DNA of 62,885 nt, the filler included, from Aduncisulcus paluster (Eukaryota): the NCBI GenBank assembly GCA_024181965.1. It is 11 parts of 11 records of this genome, joined end to end, with 100 filler letters (N's around TTAATTAATTAA, not from the genome) between each part and the next. Parts side by side here need not be neighbours in the genome. Positions count along the whole stretch, not along the records: positions 45,448 to 49,428 come from BQXS01011775.1; positions 49,529 to 56,959 come from BQXS01011776.1; positions 57,060 to 59,022 come from BQXS01011777.1; 8 more parts are not named here. One strand, 5' to 3'. Shown one piece after another: positions 46,051 through 57,677 of this stretch (its first letter is position 1; each line of letters starts with the position of its first letter). The translations under genes were made by a program, and so were the position numbers. The notes below the pieces were generated by a model that saw nothing but the letters and a program-made list of their open reading frames with translations, searched no databases and was not told the DNA's origin.

Positions 46051-48482
46051 TCGTCGATGTAGATATAGCATCTATTTGTCGCAATCAGGTCCTCAAAGGC
46101 GTCGTAGACGGCTGACATGAAGACTTTTGGAGCTGTTGAGACCCCAAAGGGCATCACTGTATATTCGAATGTGCCGAACGGTGTGACGAACGCCGTGAGT
46201 TTCCTTGACTTCTTTGTAAGTTTTATCTGGTGGAACCCAGATCGAAAGTCAAGTGTAGCAAACCATTTACAGTCTTTCAGGTTTCTGAATGCCATTTCCA
46301 TGTTGGGGCTGATCAAGCTCTCTGATTTTATCAGCTTGTTTAATCGTCTATAGTCGACACATAAGCGCCAGGAGTTATCCTTCTTCCTAACGAGAACAAT
46401 TGGGCTTGCCCACTCACTCTCAGACTTCACAATGTGGCCGTCCGCCAAGAGTTCATCGAGTGTTTCTTTGGTCACTTTCATTAGCGGAGGTGACAAGAAT
46501 CGCGTTTTGGTCTTGAATGGGATTTCTTCCTCATTAATGAGGTTGATTGAGTATGGTTTAAGTTTCGAACCTCTCTTTGGAAGGTTTGGATTGAAGACGT
46601 CTTTGAATTCGTGAAGGATAGGGAGGACCCTGGTCTTGAGCTCCGCTCCCATGTCGATCTTCTCGACCTCGTCTTCTGGGGTACGGATTCTTCGTATGTC
46701 GAGTGTTGGAACCTTGATGTCATCGCTGTATTCCTCGTCATCGTCTAATTCCCCTTCTTGGAGAATACTTTGGATGACCCCGACGTCCATGAGCCATGCG
46801 GCACCTGCTGTAAGCATGTAGTCGGAGATGATATCACTCACTACGAACTCGAAGTCTGCCACAATTGGGTGTCCATGGATTGTGTTCGTGACTCGAATCT
46901 TCGTCAAGTAACATTGATCCGTAGTTACTGTTTTCCCGTCACGGACAAGAGTTTCGCTCCTTCCTGACAGGTGAGTGCAGTTATCTTCGATATCTTTAAA
47001 TAGGTTTGGATGAATCAGGTTGCAGTCGGCTCCCGTATCGGCTAATCCCGTGAACTCCACGGTTTTTCCCTTTGGTAGGAGAAAAACACCCCTTAATTCT
47101 CTCCCTGTCGCGGTATTTCCTCCTTTGATTCTCCTGATTCCTTTCTTCCCCTCAGCTTCGTCACGTTTCTTCTTCCTGCATTCCTTTGCATCGTGTCCCT
47201 TCTTGTGGCAGTAGTCACAAGTTTTCCCTTTTCGTTCTCTATTGCCCCTACGATCTTGTTTCTTGTCTTGGAGGTAACGTGGGTCTTTGAGCTCGCTCAA
47301 CGCGGTTAGTCCTATCTCCAGTGCGTCTTCGACAGTTTTTACAGTCATGATCCTGATTCCTGCCTCGATAGCTTTTCGGACGGAAGTGATGGGGATCCTG
47401 CTGCAATACAGGTCCAGTGCTTCCGCTATTTGGAGAGGTGTAGAGCCTGAGTCATCGAGCACATCCTTGTATTCTGCCGAAAACCTCATCAGTTCCTCCG
47501 GGGATACTATGTCTTTCAGCTCTACCTTCCTCAGTCTGGCCAATAACTCACGCGTGGACTTGGGCTTAAGGAAGTCTGTTATGAAGTCCATTATATTGGA
47601 TGGATTCGAATTTCGTGAACGCATTTGCCAAATAAGAAGAGCTTGACCGGTAACGCAGTCGTCCGCTGGGTGTATTCCTCCTTTTTTTGAATAAACTTCG
47701 AACTTTCGTTTAAAGGTGGTACATGACTTTCTCGTAAAGGTGGAAAGTAAGGGTTGTTTTAATTTCGCCTCTATCGTTAATATTGCCTGGCTACTAATTA
47801 GTTCAGACTCTGTCAGAGCTTTGGATCTCCGTCTCTCTTTCTTTGTAACCGGTTCCATATCTTTTGACTTTTCAATAGGTGAATTCTTACGGTTTGTCTC
47901 TTGAACCGTGCATCCAGCCTCCGTTGTAGCTGGGAAATGAGGTCTTATTGTCTCTGCCTCCATCCCTATCCTTCCGTGGTAGGGGGAAAGAATTAAGTCT
48001 TCCAGGCTTGAAGAATCTTCCAATTCTACTGCTGGAGCTTCTTTTGTGATTTGTTTCGAAATTTCATTAACAATATCTCGGCATTTTTTCGAAATGGCCT
48101 TCCCCTCCTTTTGGGAGTAGAAGTAGTTTCTTACGTTTGTTAGAATAGTATCTAATGCTTGTTTAGCACTAGCTACGCTTGCGAAGTCCATTTGAAAATT
48201 CCCTGATCGCTTTGTTTTTTTAAATTAAGAAATTGTAGTAATAAACGGAAATTAATAGTAAGCAGATAAATTTATCTGAAATACTCTAGAGGGGTCTATA
48301 ATTCTAAAAGTTTTAAAATCGGACCAAATTTATTGTTTGGGTTCAGAGTTCGGCCAATCAGGGTTATTTGACCCCCTGATTGCCTGTATGTTTATAATTT
48401 CATTCCAATAATATAATTCTTTTCTATTCCTTATATTATTTTATATTCTTAATATATATTCGGATCTTTTATATCCGTTACA
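46051..48482 (-). mobile_element. Ty3/gypsy LTR retrotransposon: 5' LTR plus a single gag-pro-RT ORF (ATG 48191), truncated at YIDD
   Basis: Zn knuckle CDYCHKKGHDAKEC, protease LADTGAD, and RT WASPIVLVRKKD..RLCVDYRRLN..LDFRSGFHQ..MPFG..YIDD. The LTR starts TGTAAC at 48482 and ends at 48334 or 48234. Confidence 0.93.
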
Positions 48483-48818
48483 AAATCACAAGGTAAGAAA
48501 GAAACAGAACATACACACTTGGTACAATATTGGTTAACACCTTTACTCCCGAGCGATAGCCCAATACTGATGGGAAAACCCGCCATGAAAGACCTTGGTA
48601 TAACCCTGAATGTCAGAAGTGTAAAACTTGGAGGAGACCTGAGACACAGAATGAGGTGCATCCTGTATAGGATGTACGGAATTCTGGACAAATCCATAAA
48701 AGACATCGATACCAAGACCAAGGACATGCGTCAGTATGTGGATGCGTTTAAAAGAGCAAAGAATGAGGTTAAACCGTTGGATAAACTCAGAGAAGTGTGG
48801 AAGACTCGAGTAAAGTAA
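48483..48818 (+). pseudogene. Retroelement protease-like fragment on the opposite strand, cut by the LTR at 48482
   Basis: YWLTPLLPSDSPILMGKPAMKDLGI resembles the ILG..LGI end of retropepsins. It has no 5' end and lies between two LTRs. Confidence 0.45.
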
Positions 48819-48821
48819 TGG

Positions 48822-49004
48822 TGTTAGCAAGTTTATTGTTTGTGGGGAAGCACGGATATTCGCCCTGCGGTAAACCCCTGATTGGCGATTTAGAAATAGA
48901 ATAAAATAGCGTAATTAAACTAAAGATTTTAAAATAGAAATGGAAAACTAATCTTTTTCCCATTTCTTAGGGTATATTCTGATATCCCTACATTGCCCTC
49001 CTTT
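48822..49004 (-). mobile_element. 3' LTR (48822-48992) preceded by a polypurine tract
   Basis: Minus strand reads AAAGGAGGGCAA|TGTAGGGATATC..GCCAATCAGGGG..CAAACAATAAA..CTTGCTAACA. It shares CAATCAGGGG and CAAACAATAAA with the LTR at 48482. Confidence 0.65.
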
Positions 49005-49065
49005 AGGCAGAATTCACTTCTGTTGTAACTCGTACTCCTTGAAGGCGGCGGAGTCTTTCCCTACA

Positions 49066-49428
49066 GAAGCGGTGGAAGGCGATGACCCATTTGCGGTAAA
49101 GGAATGGGATACTCGCATTGCACGCGAAACCAGATTCAATTTGGGACGACAAGACTATGGGTTGCCTGAAGTGAAACTGGTACACTCGGCTAGAGATGTA
49201 AAAAGAATGAAAATAATTCGTGATAAAGAAGAAACAATAAGAAAACAAGACTTGGAACGGAAAGAAAAGGAAAAACAAGAAATTGAAGACCAGAAACAAA
49301 TGTGGAAACATGTGAAAACCGTACAAGCAATGATGGATGCGAAAAACCCTGAAATACCTTCAACTGAGGAAGCAGCTTATTCAAAAAGATATATCAAAGT
49401 GATGGATAAGAAGTTAAACACCTTAAAG
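49066..49428 (+). pseudogene. Coding-like fragment within the retroelement nest
   Basis: Charged open frame running into the spacer, with no ATG start or recognised motif. Confidence 0.3.
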
Positions 49429-49528
49429 NNNNNNNNNNNNNNNNNNNNNNNNNNNNNNNNNNNNNNNNNNNNTTAATTAATTAANNNNNNNNNNNNNNNN
49501 NNNNNNNNNNNNNNNNNNNNNNNNNNNN

Positions 49529-50891
49529 TAGATGATTTGTTATACACAGGCACATCTGAGCAACCATGAAAAGAGCTAAACCTTGATGATTGCAGGGAAG
49601 GGGCAGAAGTTGTGGAATTCTTTGTACCAAGAGATTGTGTCATCGCAACGGGAGCACCTGTCATCGCAACGGGAGCACCAGAGGCTTGAGGAGGTTGAGG
49701 AGGGGAGGAGAACATAGCTGAACCTAAACCAGAGCCTGAGCCTGAGCCTGAGCCTGAACCAGAGGAATAAGGAGAGGAAGAGGTAGAGGAAGCAGAGGGA
49801 GGAGATAATTTGAGAGGGGGTAATTCAGGTCTTAAAGCTACGGAAGAGTCGGTTGCAATTGTTCCGTCATGCATGGCACGAAAGTGAGGGAAATGGAGAG
49901 ATGAAGATCGGGTTGAGGCCAAAGAATCAAGGGATGGGTGGGAAAACGGATGAGATTGATATATCGAAGACTCACAACCGGCTGAACGCCATCTCTCAGA
50001 CATGGAAGGGTGGACATCAGGGCAATATCTCGGATGAGAGTGATGGGAGAGAGCAGGTTCTGAGAAAGGAGGATATTGATGATGAAGATGCTGAGATCTC
50101 CGACTGAACTGGGAATACATGGACCTAGGCTGAGTCTGTTGAAATTGAAGAGGTGGTACAACGACTCTTGATTGTGGAGCAGTGATAAATTGGGGAGGAT
50201 CGGAAATACGGGGGGGTTCATATTCATGGATAGGGTCAGAATAGGATGAACGCAAAAAGGGAGGAGAAATGGGACGAATAGGGTTCTTTGGGAGTAATTT
50301 AAAGTCAGACAAAGGAGGTTGTGAGGTTTGCCTTGGAAAGGAAAGCATTTCAATACCATTACTGAATTCATCAATATCTTCCTTGGATAAGAACCCAACG
50401 ACGAGGGAAATGGGATTAGTATCGGAAGATTCAAAACATGGTACAATAAAATAATGCTTTTTTAAGCAGAGGGCAACGTTTCTGAGGTGCTCACAGTCCC
50501 TGTAAAAAATGTGAGGTTGTGGAAAGAATTTGTTCATTCTTTTGGAAGATGTCATAAACACGGCACCAAAATTAGGGTTGATAAAACCGCGAATATGTCT
50601 AGAAACATCGGAATCTAGCAAGCTCCGACGTTCACGAGAAAGATAGCAAAATTTCAGTTGAATAATGTAAAGAAAATAAATACTTCCTCCCAAATGGTTA
50701 AAGGATGGGTTGAGAGAAAGATATTGTGGGTATTCAAAGGAAGAAAGAGCTTTCTTAATCTGGAGTAGACAGTCTTCCTCAAAAAGAGACTTTTGAATTT
50801 CAAATTCTTTCATGATTGTTGGGTCCTCACGATAAAAATATTTTGGAAAGGAAAAAATGAAAGAAAAATAGTGGTTGGTTGACTTTCCCAT
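49529..50891 (-). CDS. Hypothetical protein with an N-terminal globular region and Ser/Pro-rich tail, 3'-partial
   Basis: Long ORF with first ATG at 50891; contains GS repeats and 2 x GAPVAMT. Confidence 0.7.
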
Positions 50892-51656
50892 AATTTCGAG
50901 AAATTGGTTGGTATTTGGAAATTGGTTGGTAAATAAATAATGATAAGACGTAAAAAATGTATCTTTTTTCCCGAAATTACAGTCGAAAAGATCAGTGGTT
51001 AACAAAAAGATGAAATCGGATTCGTGATGTCACGATCAGTGAAACATGTTATTCCATTTCAAACTACGAGAATTATTTTGGGGAAAAATGTGAAAATCAA
51101 AAATATCTATTTTCTATTAACAGAAATTCATTCTTTCATATAAAGAGATCAACTTTGGAGATCAACCGGTATGAAAATTGGCATGAATAATACTTCAATT
51201 AGAGGTTTGATTATAAGAATAAAATTTATTTTCCATGGTATTTCCGTATCCAACCACCATCTAACCACTTGATCCATTTCTCTTCATTATCAAGGGTTTC
51301 AAATATTTCAATCCCCTTTTCAGGAGTCATGTCTCCGTAAATTCCAATGGGCTCAAAATTGTCTCGTTTTTCCCTTGTAAAATGAACAATTAGAGTATTT
51401 TTGTGCAAAATGTGAGTGGAACGAAAAAGGGGCAAAAGAAATGGATCGTCATGAAATCTTTCCTTTGATACTATCCAAACTACAATATTTGAATGNNNNN
51501 NNNNNNNNNNNNNNNAAAATGTGAAAATCAAAAATATCTATTTTCTATTAACAGAAATTCATTCTTTCATATAAAGAGATCAACTTTGGAGATCAACCGG
51601 TATGAAAATTGGCATGAATAATACTTCAATTAGAGGTTTGATTATAAGAATAAAAT

Positions 51657-52364
51657 TTATTTTCCATGGTATTTCCGTATCCAACCACCATCTAACCACT
51701 TGATCCATTTCTCTTCATTATCAAGGGTTTCAAATATTTCAATCCCCTTTTCAGGAGTCATGTCTCCGTAAATTCCAATGGGCTCAAAATTGTCTCGTTT
51801 TTCCCTTGTAAAATGAACAATTAGAGTATTTTTGTGCAAAATGTGAGTGGAACGAAAAAGGGGCAAAAGAAATGGATCGTCATGAAATCTTTCCTTTGAT
51901 ACTATCCAAACTACAATATTTGAATGTGAAATTGTGGAATGGCCCTCAAAAGAGCCGGATTCTACAAGAGGTGGAGAAGAATAGAGACATAAATTGCCCA
52001 TATCAGGAGAAGAAAAAAGAACAAAGAATGATTTTCTAATGAAATTGATAAAATTACATAATGGATCCGGATATTGAAGTAGTATCGATTTCAAAGAGGG
52101 TGATTGCGTACTTTTTTCAATATCGGAACAAAAAGACAAAAACCCATGTTCCTTCGGTTCCACTATTTCAAGAAATCCGTGTTCTTTCAATTTCGATTCA
52201 TATCTGAAATCTTGGATCAGTTGATAGAAAATAAAGAGGGCTCTAGAACCGAGATAGTATGATCTACACTCTTTTCTACCACGTACAATTCGTTGACTGA
52301 CAGATAACTTCTTTGGGATCAGTTTAAAATGCAAAACGAGCTGATTAAATGCTAAACGCACCAA
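51657..52364 (-). CDS. Hypothetical protein (start uncertain, probably spliced)
   Basis: 235-aa ORF; its 3' end is duplicated across the 20-N gap at 51496-51515. Confidence 0.55.
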   Translation of the reverse strand: MVRLAFNQLVLHFKLIPKKLSVSQRIVRGRKECRSYYLGSRALFIFYQLIQDFRYESKLKEHGFLEIVEPKEHGFLSFCSDIEKSTQSPSLKSILLQYPDPLCNFINFIRKSFFVLFSSPDMGNLCLYSSPPLVESGSFEGHSTISHSNIVVWIVSKERFHDDPFLLPLFRSTHILHKNTLIVHFTREKRDNFEPIGIYGDMTPEKGIEIFETLDNEEKWIKWLDGGWIRKYHGK

Positions 52365-52543
52365 TGGTAGAAAAGGTGAGAAAATTAAACAATCAGATGA
52401 TGTAAATGCAATTATTAGAACGTACTCTGGTTATCTAAAACAATATTCATTCATAATAAGGTCAGTTGGATCAAAATCAAGGAGAGACCTTCTCGTTATA
52501 TTTTTGCTTTTTGATTGGTTTCACAAGATATAGGAGATTATTG

Positions 52544-55500
52544 ATGGTGGAACTCTTTAAAAAAGGTTCCTTATATTCAATAGCTCTGGCTGGGAGTGAA
52601 TATGTAAAAGAAAAACGTAAGAAATCTCAAGTTCATGCCCAGATGGAGAAAGATGTCTCTCGCAGTAGTTTTGAATATCAACGATATGGAGATATGATTG
52701 ATGGTGACATAGATGTATTTGAGGAAAAAATATCGACAAATCCAGTTAGAACTCGCTCCTCTTCCCCCTCTCCCTCCTTCAAAGACAAAACACATAACAG
52801 AGAAGATTTACAACGTTTTAGGGAATCTTTACCGATTTCTAAGATGAAACAAAATATATTGACCCTTTTATCATCATATCGAATTGTGATTATTCGAGGA
52901 GAGACTGGAAGTGGTAAAACAACCCAACTTCCTCAAATCCTATATGAGCATGGTTATCACGGTTCTTCAGGACAAATGATTTGTTGTACACAGCCACGTC
53001 GTGTTGCGGCTGTCAATGTTGCAAAAAGAGTTGCTGAAGAGCAAGGGTGTTCTTTGGGAGATCGGGTCGGTTATTCGATCAGATTTGATGATAATACAAA
53101 TGAAAATACACGTATAAAGTTCATGACAGATGGAATATTGCTCCGAGAGTCTCTTTCTGATCCTCTACTTTCGAAATATTCTGTTATTATTATTGACGAG
53201 GCCCACGAACGTGCAATTGCCACTGATATTCTTCTTGGTATTGTAAAACGTATTGTCACGCGTCGGATGGATCTCAAAGTCATTGTGACATCGGCCACCC
53301 TTGATGTTCAAAAATTCTCTCGCTATTTCCTCTCCGCTCCTGTTCTTAACATTCCTGGGAAACTATTCCCCATAAAATACGAATATGAAGACATTCAAAC
53401 TATCACCGATTATGTGGAAGTTGCTGCCAAACGGGCTGTAAAGATTCATACAATGTGTAACACGTACGGAGAAGACCGAGTTATTACCCATCCCAGTGTA
53501 GAGGAATCCATCACTTTGAAAAGGGGCCACTCTTCGTCGCGGAAAAGGGGACAGGAATCTTTGCCATATCATGGAGATATTATTGTGTTTATGACTGGAA
53601 AAGAAGATATTGAAGCTTGTATCGAGTTGATCAAGAAAGAGTTCGTTTCCACGATGAGGAATGTTCGAAATAGTGAGAAACTTGGTGGGGTTCCAGATGA
53701 AGAAAGAATTATATTCAATAATCTTCTTGTTCTCCCTCTCTACTCAATGTTGCCCTATTCTGAACAAATGAGAGTCTTCGATACAACTCCACCCAACACG
53801 AGAAAAGTGGTTGTTTGTACGAATATAGCAGAGACTTCCATCACAATCCCATCTGTCGGATATGTTATTGACAGTGGTCTCGTAAAGATAAAAGTTCATC
53901 GTAATGCCAATGATCATCTTCAAATCCTCCCGATATCCCAAGAATCTGCCCAACAACGAAGTGGGCGAGCAGGTCGTGTTGCCGCAGGAGTCTGTTATAG
54001 GTGTTACTCCTCAAATGTGCTTATCAACGAGATGCTTGAGCACACTGTGGCCGAGATACACCGGATGGATTTGTCTGAACTCTGTCTGTTTCTGAAGACA
54101 ATGCAGCTCGATCCCCTTTCATTCCCCTTCATTGAGCCTCCAGAGCGATGTTATGTCGATGATGCTCTGAAGTGGCTCCGACTATATGGTGCTCTCGATG
54201 CAAGAGGAAGATTAACTGATCTGGGGCATCGAATGGCATATTTCCCACTTATTCCATCACTGGGAAGGCTCTTATCCCTCTCGATATCGCCTGTTTTCCT
54301 GTCTTCACAACCTTCAAATGTTCATGAGTTCTTGCCTTTCCTTGCTGCCATTATATGCAGTGTCTACAGTGTGCCTAAGATCTTTGAAGTGAGGAGAGGG
54401 AAAGAAAAGGAGGCTGATAAGGCACACTCTGAGTTTATTGTGCCCGAATGTGAACAGTTAACTTATGTAAATGTGTTTCTTGGGTTTCTTCGTGTTCTAA
54501 AATCTTCCATTTCAAAACGGGCGAAAGGCAAACCTATTTTTCTCTCTAATATTATATCTAGTACTCGCATTCTGCATCTCCAAGAAGTGAAAGAATGGTG
54601 TTCTCACAAATATGTTCATTATACGAACATGTACAATGCTGTCTGTATCTTTTCTCAGCTTATGGATCAAGTATATGCCATGACATCATCAGGGAGGGAA
54701 AGAAAGACAAGAGGGAGTGTGGATAGTGCAGAACATGGAAGGGAACAACAGGAGAGAATGGAAACAGGAGATGAAAGTTGTTGTTTTCGACCGAATAAGA
54801 CATTTATTGATATTATTGGGGATAATATTTATAGATTTCCACATCCGTTATATGAAATTGAAGAGGAACGAAAGAAATCGGATGAAGAACGATTATTAGT
54901 CCCATCCACCCATTCTTCTGTCCCATTCCATGAACCCCCAGATACTCATCGTATATTGTTGTCTTCTTCAACATCTGTCAAGCATAGTTTTAGAAAGAAA
55001 GCCACTTCATGTTCTATTCCAATTGTTTCAATCGGATTAGCTACCCTTGAACTCATCACATGTGCGTTTTCTCATTCATTGGCCTATCGTCATGGTCGGA
55101 ATACATTTGTATCTCTCCTCACACACACTTCCTTCCATCTTCCTGCATATACCTCCTGCTCGTTCTCATATTGTGTGTGCATCTCTTCAATGGGCGTTGG
55201 CACGGAGTTCAGGCTGAGTGGCGTCTGTGGGGTTCTTGGGAAATGGGCTGTTAAAACACGTGGTGAGTTCTTTGTCGCGAAGGATGTGGCTGATATTGAT
55301 CCCCTGCAGAATAATGAGGATTCTGAAGAAGATGATGATGAAGGGGTTTGGGGAAGTGATTCTATTGTCCATTTGAGAGATGATGTTATTGAGGTTATTC
55401 TTGGGAAGATGAAGAAGAAGAAACAAGGCAACAATAGTTATGACGATTTACAACGTGGGAAAGAAGAGAGAATTAGTATTTCTTCGAGAGGTCAGCAGAC

Positions 55501-55702
55501 GGATGGAAAAGAGGAAGAGGTGGAAGAGGAGAAAGAAGCAATGATAATCGATACCAAAACAATATTAAGGAAGAAAAAGGAGTTGAAAGTCAAGAAAAAA
55601 CAATCAAAGAAAGGGTTAAGTTTTGGAGATGATGATTTGTTCCTCTCACAATTGAAGTATAGGAAGAAGCCAAAAAGGCATAAGAAAGGGAAGAATGGGT
55701 AA
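52544..55702 (+). CDS. PRP16: Spliceosomal DEAH-box helicase Prp16/DHX38
   Basis: GETGSGKTTQ, TQPRRVAA, DEAHER, SAT and QRSGRAGR. Prp16-type features are MTDGILLRESL, RRMDLKVIVTSAT, FMTGKEDIE and LQILPISQ. The start is uncertain. Confidence 0.82.
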   Translation: MVELFKKGSLYSIALAGSEYVKEKRKKSQVHAQMEKDVSRSSFEYQRYGDMIDGDIDVFEEKISTNPVRTRSSSPSPSFKDKTHNREDLQRFRESLPISKMKQNILTLLSSYRIVIIRGETGSGKTTQLPQILYEHGYHGSSGQMICCTQPRRVAAVNVAKRVAEEQGCSLGDRVGYSIRFDDNTNENTRIKFMTDGILLRESLSDPLLSKYSVIIIDEAHERAIATDILLGIVKRIVTRRMDLKVIVTSATLDVQKFSRYFLSAPVLNIPGKLFPIKYEYEDIQTITDYVEVAAKRAVKIHTMCNTYGEDRVITHPSVEESITLKRGHSSSRKRGQESLPYHGDIIVFMTGKEDIEACIELIKKEFVSTMRNVRNSEKLGGVPDEERIIFNNLLVLPLYSMLPYSEQMRVFDTTPPNTRKVVVCTNIAETSITIPSVGYVIDSGLVKIKVHRNANDHLQILPISQESAQQRSGRAGRVAAGVCYRCYSSNVLINEMLEHTVAEIHRMDLSELCLFLKTMQLDPLSFPFIEPPERCYVDDALKWLRLYGALDARGRLTDLGHRMAYFPLIPSLGRLLSLSISPVFLSSQPSNVHEFLPFLAAIICSVYSVPKIFEVRRGKEKEADKAHSEFIVPECEQLTYVNVFLGFLRVLKSSISKRAKGKPIFLSNIISSTRILHLQEVKEWCSHKYVHYTNMYNAVCIFSQLMDQVYAMTSSGRERKTRGSVDSAEHGREQQERMETGDESCCFRPNKTFIDIIGDNIYRFPHPLYEIEEERKKSDEERLLVPSTHSSVPFHEPPDTHRILLSSSTSVKHSFRKKATSCSIPIVSIGLATLELITCAFSHSLAYRHGRNTFVSLLTHTSFHLPAYTSCSFSYCVCISSMGVGTEFRLSGVCGVLGKWAVKTRGEFFVAKDVADIDPLQNNEDSEEDDDEGVWGSDSIVHLRDDVIEVILGKMKKKKQGNNSYDDLQRGKEERISISSRGQQTDGKEEEVEEEKEAMIIDTKTILRKKKELKVKKKQSKKGLSFGDDDLFLSQLKYRKKPKRHKKGKNG

Positions 55703-56436
55703 ATGATAAAATTTCGCGAATCTTGGTCATGACAAAATCAAAATCTTTCTTCTATGGCTCGAGGTCCATTTGTCTGTCATTTCGGTTGTAAAATGGGATA
55801 TAGTACAGTTTAGTACATAGTAATTTACACCTTTCAACTTCTTCTGAGCATGACGACTTTCAGTTCATATGTCTTTCTTTCCAACATAGTCAATATTAAT
55901 AAATTAATAGCCATCTTAACTCAAATACAACGTAATTATGTAACCTCACAGTGACAATAAATATTATACTGTTCTATAACATTAGCGAGTATAACCACTA
56001 CCATTTTACGTGCAAATTATTGTGATTTAGAAGGAAAATTTATCCTTCAAATCATTTGAAATCTATTTTTAGAATTTCTATTTTTAGAAACGGTGTTCTC
56101 AAATCCACCCTAAATTTCCAAATTTATCCATATTTTTCAATAATACGAGTGTTATATTGGAGAACTCTGGAGATTCTTGCTTTTCAATTTCATCGTTGAA
56201 AAAGAGTTACTGAGAGACATTTTAGGGATGAATATGAGATATTATCGAAGTGTTACATGATAAACAAGGAGAAACTAGCATCTTAATGATTAATTATTCT
56301 ATTTTTAGACTTTCTATTTTTGTCTTAGATGTGCAATAAATGGAATCATGCCCGATTAATTCATCATCTCCAACCCATGGGCATCTCTTCATCATGTCAT
56401 TGAGGAATGTCGATCAATCATTTTCTGGGGATCAGA

Positions 56437-56959
56437 TCATTTTATTGTCGAATGTCTCTTCGTGAATGTAGCAAAAGCAACACTCTCAGAAGAGTATACT
56501 TTATCATACACCATGGTCTGCTGACTCTCTCTCCCTTGGATTTCCTTCATCTTCCTTGCTCTGGCACTGATACTACCCCCAGAGCTCACACCGATTTGGA
56601 TTATGGCTACTACTTGCCCATTGAACAACCCGCACATGAGCTGTGAACATGAAGAGTTGTACACAAGGGAAACAGGATACGAATCAAGGCTGATCGTTCC
56701 ATCAAATACAACGATATCAGGATTCAAGGAGACATCCAATGGAGAGGGTGTGATACCAACGGAAGAAACACGATCCGATGCCTTGGAATGCTGATCTGAA
56801 TGATATCTCCGTTTACCATCTTTGGGACTATTATCATGATCTTTCTCCTTCAGAGCTTCTTCTTGTTCCTCTCCTGCTTCTTGTTCCTCTCCTGCTTCTC
56901 GCTGCCCCAATGAGGAACAAACAGGGAAGGAGAAGTATAGCAACATGCCTCGTCTGTTC
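56437..56959 (-). CDS. Hypothetical coding fragment, 5'-partial
   Basis: 169-aa ORF at a contig edge with an EAGEEQ repeat. Confidence 0.4.
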
Positions 56960-57677
56960 NNNNNNNNNNNNNNNNNNNNNNNNNNNNNNNNNNNNNNNNN
57001 NNNTTAATTAATTAANNNNNNNNNNNNNNNNNNNNNNNNNNNNNNNNNNNNNNNNNNNNATCAACAATGAAATATAAATAAAATAAATATAAATTAAATA
57101 AAATAAATAAAATATAATTATAAAACAAATAAATAAACAATAATATATCAAAGATTGAGAAAAATTAGAACATCACCACAATGTTATTGAATAGCATTGA
57201 AATCGTTCATAAATATTCTTAATACGTGAAATGGAACTATATCCAGTCCTGAGGGTTCTCCAAAAGCCTGAGATATCGAGAATAAACACCATGACATTGA
57301 AATGAAAATAAAACATGTTTTTATCATTTACCAGCATTTAACTCGTTTATATGTGTTTTTTTAAATTTCTAATCTTATCTATTGAAGGGTTGCTTGTTCA
57401 GTCCTCCATTTTTTCGATTTCTCGTCGTACAAGCAAATTGTATGTTTACTATATGTTGCGTCTTTTATTAAATGTATATTAAGAAATATTTTAATTGGAT
57501 TCATTCAATTATACTAACTATATTGTGCTGTGTGGTCGTTTCTTGTTCGTTTTGTTCGTGTTGTCTTTGTTTCTCGGACTGTTCTCCTTGAAATTCGCAA
57601 TTATTCTGGTTGTCCACAAATACTATTGTTACTCTGCTTGGTTTTTTTTTTAGATAAGAAATTCTATCTCTATTCAA

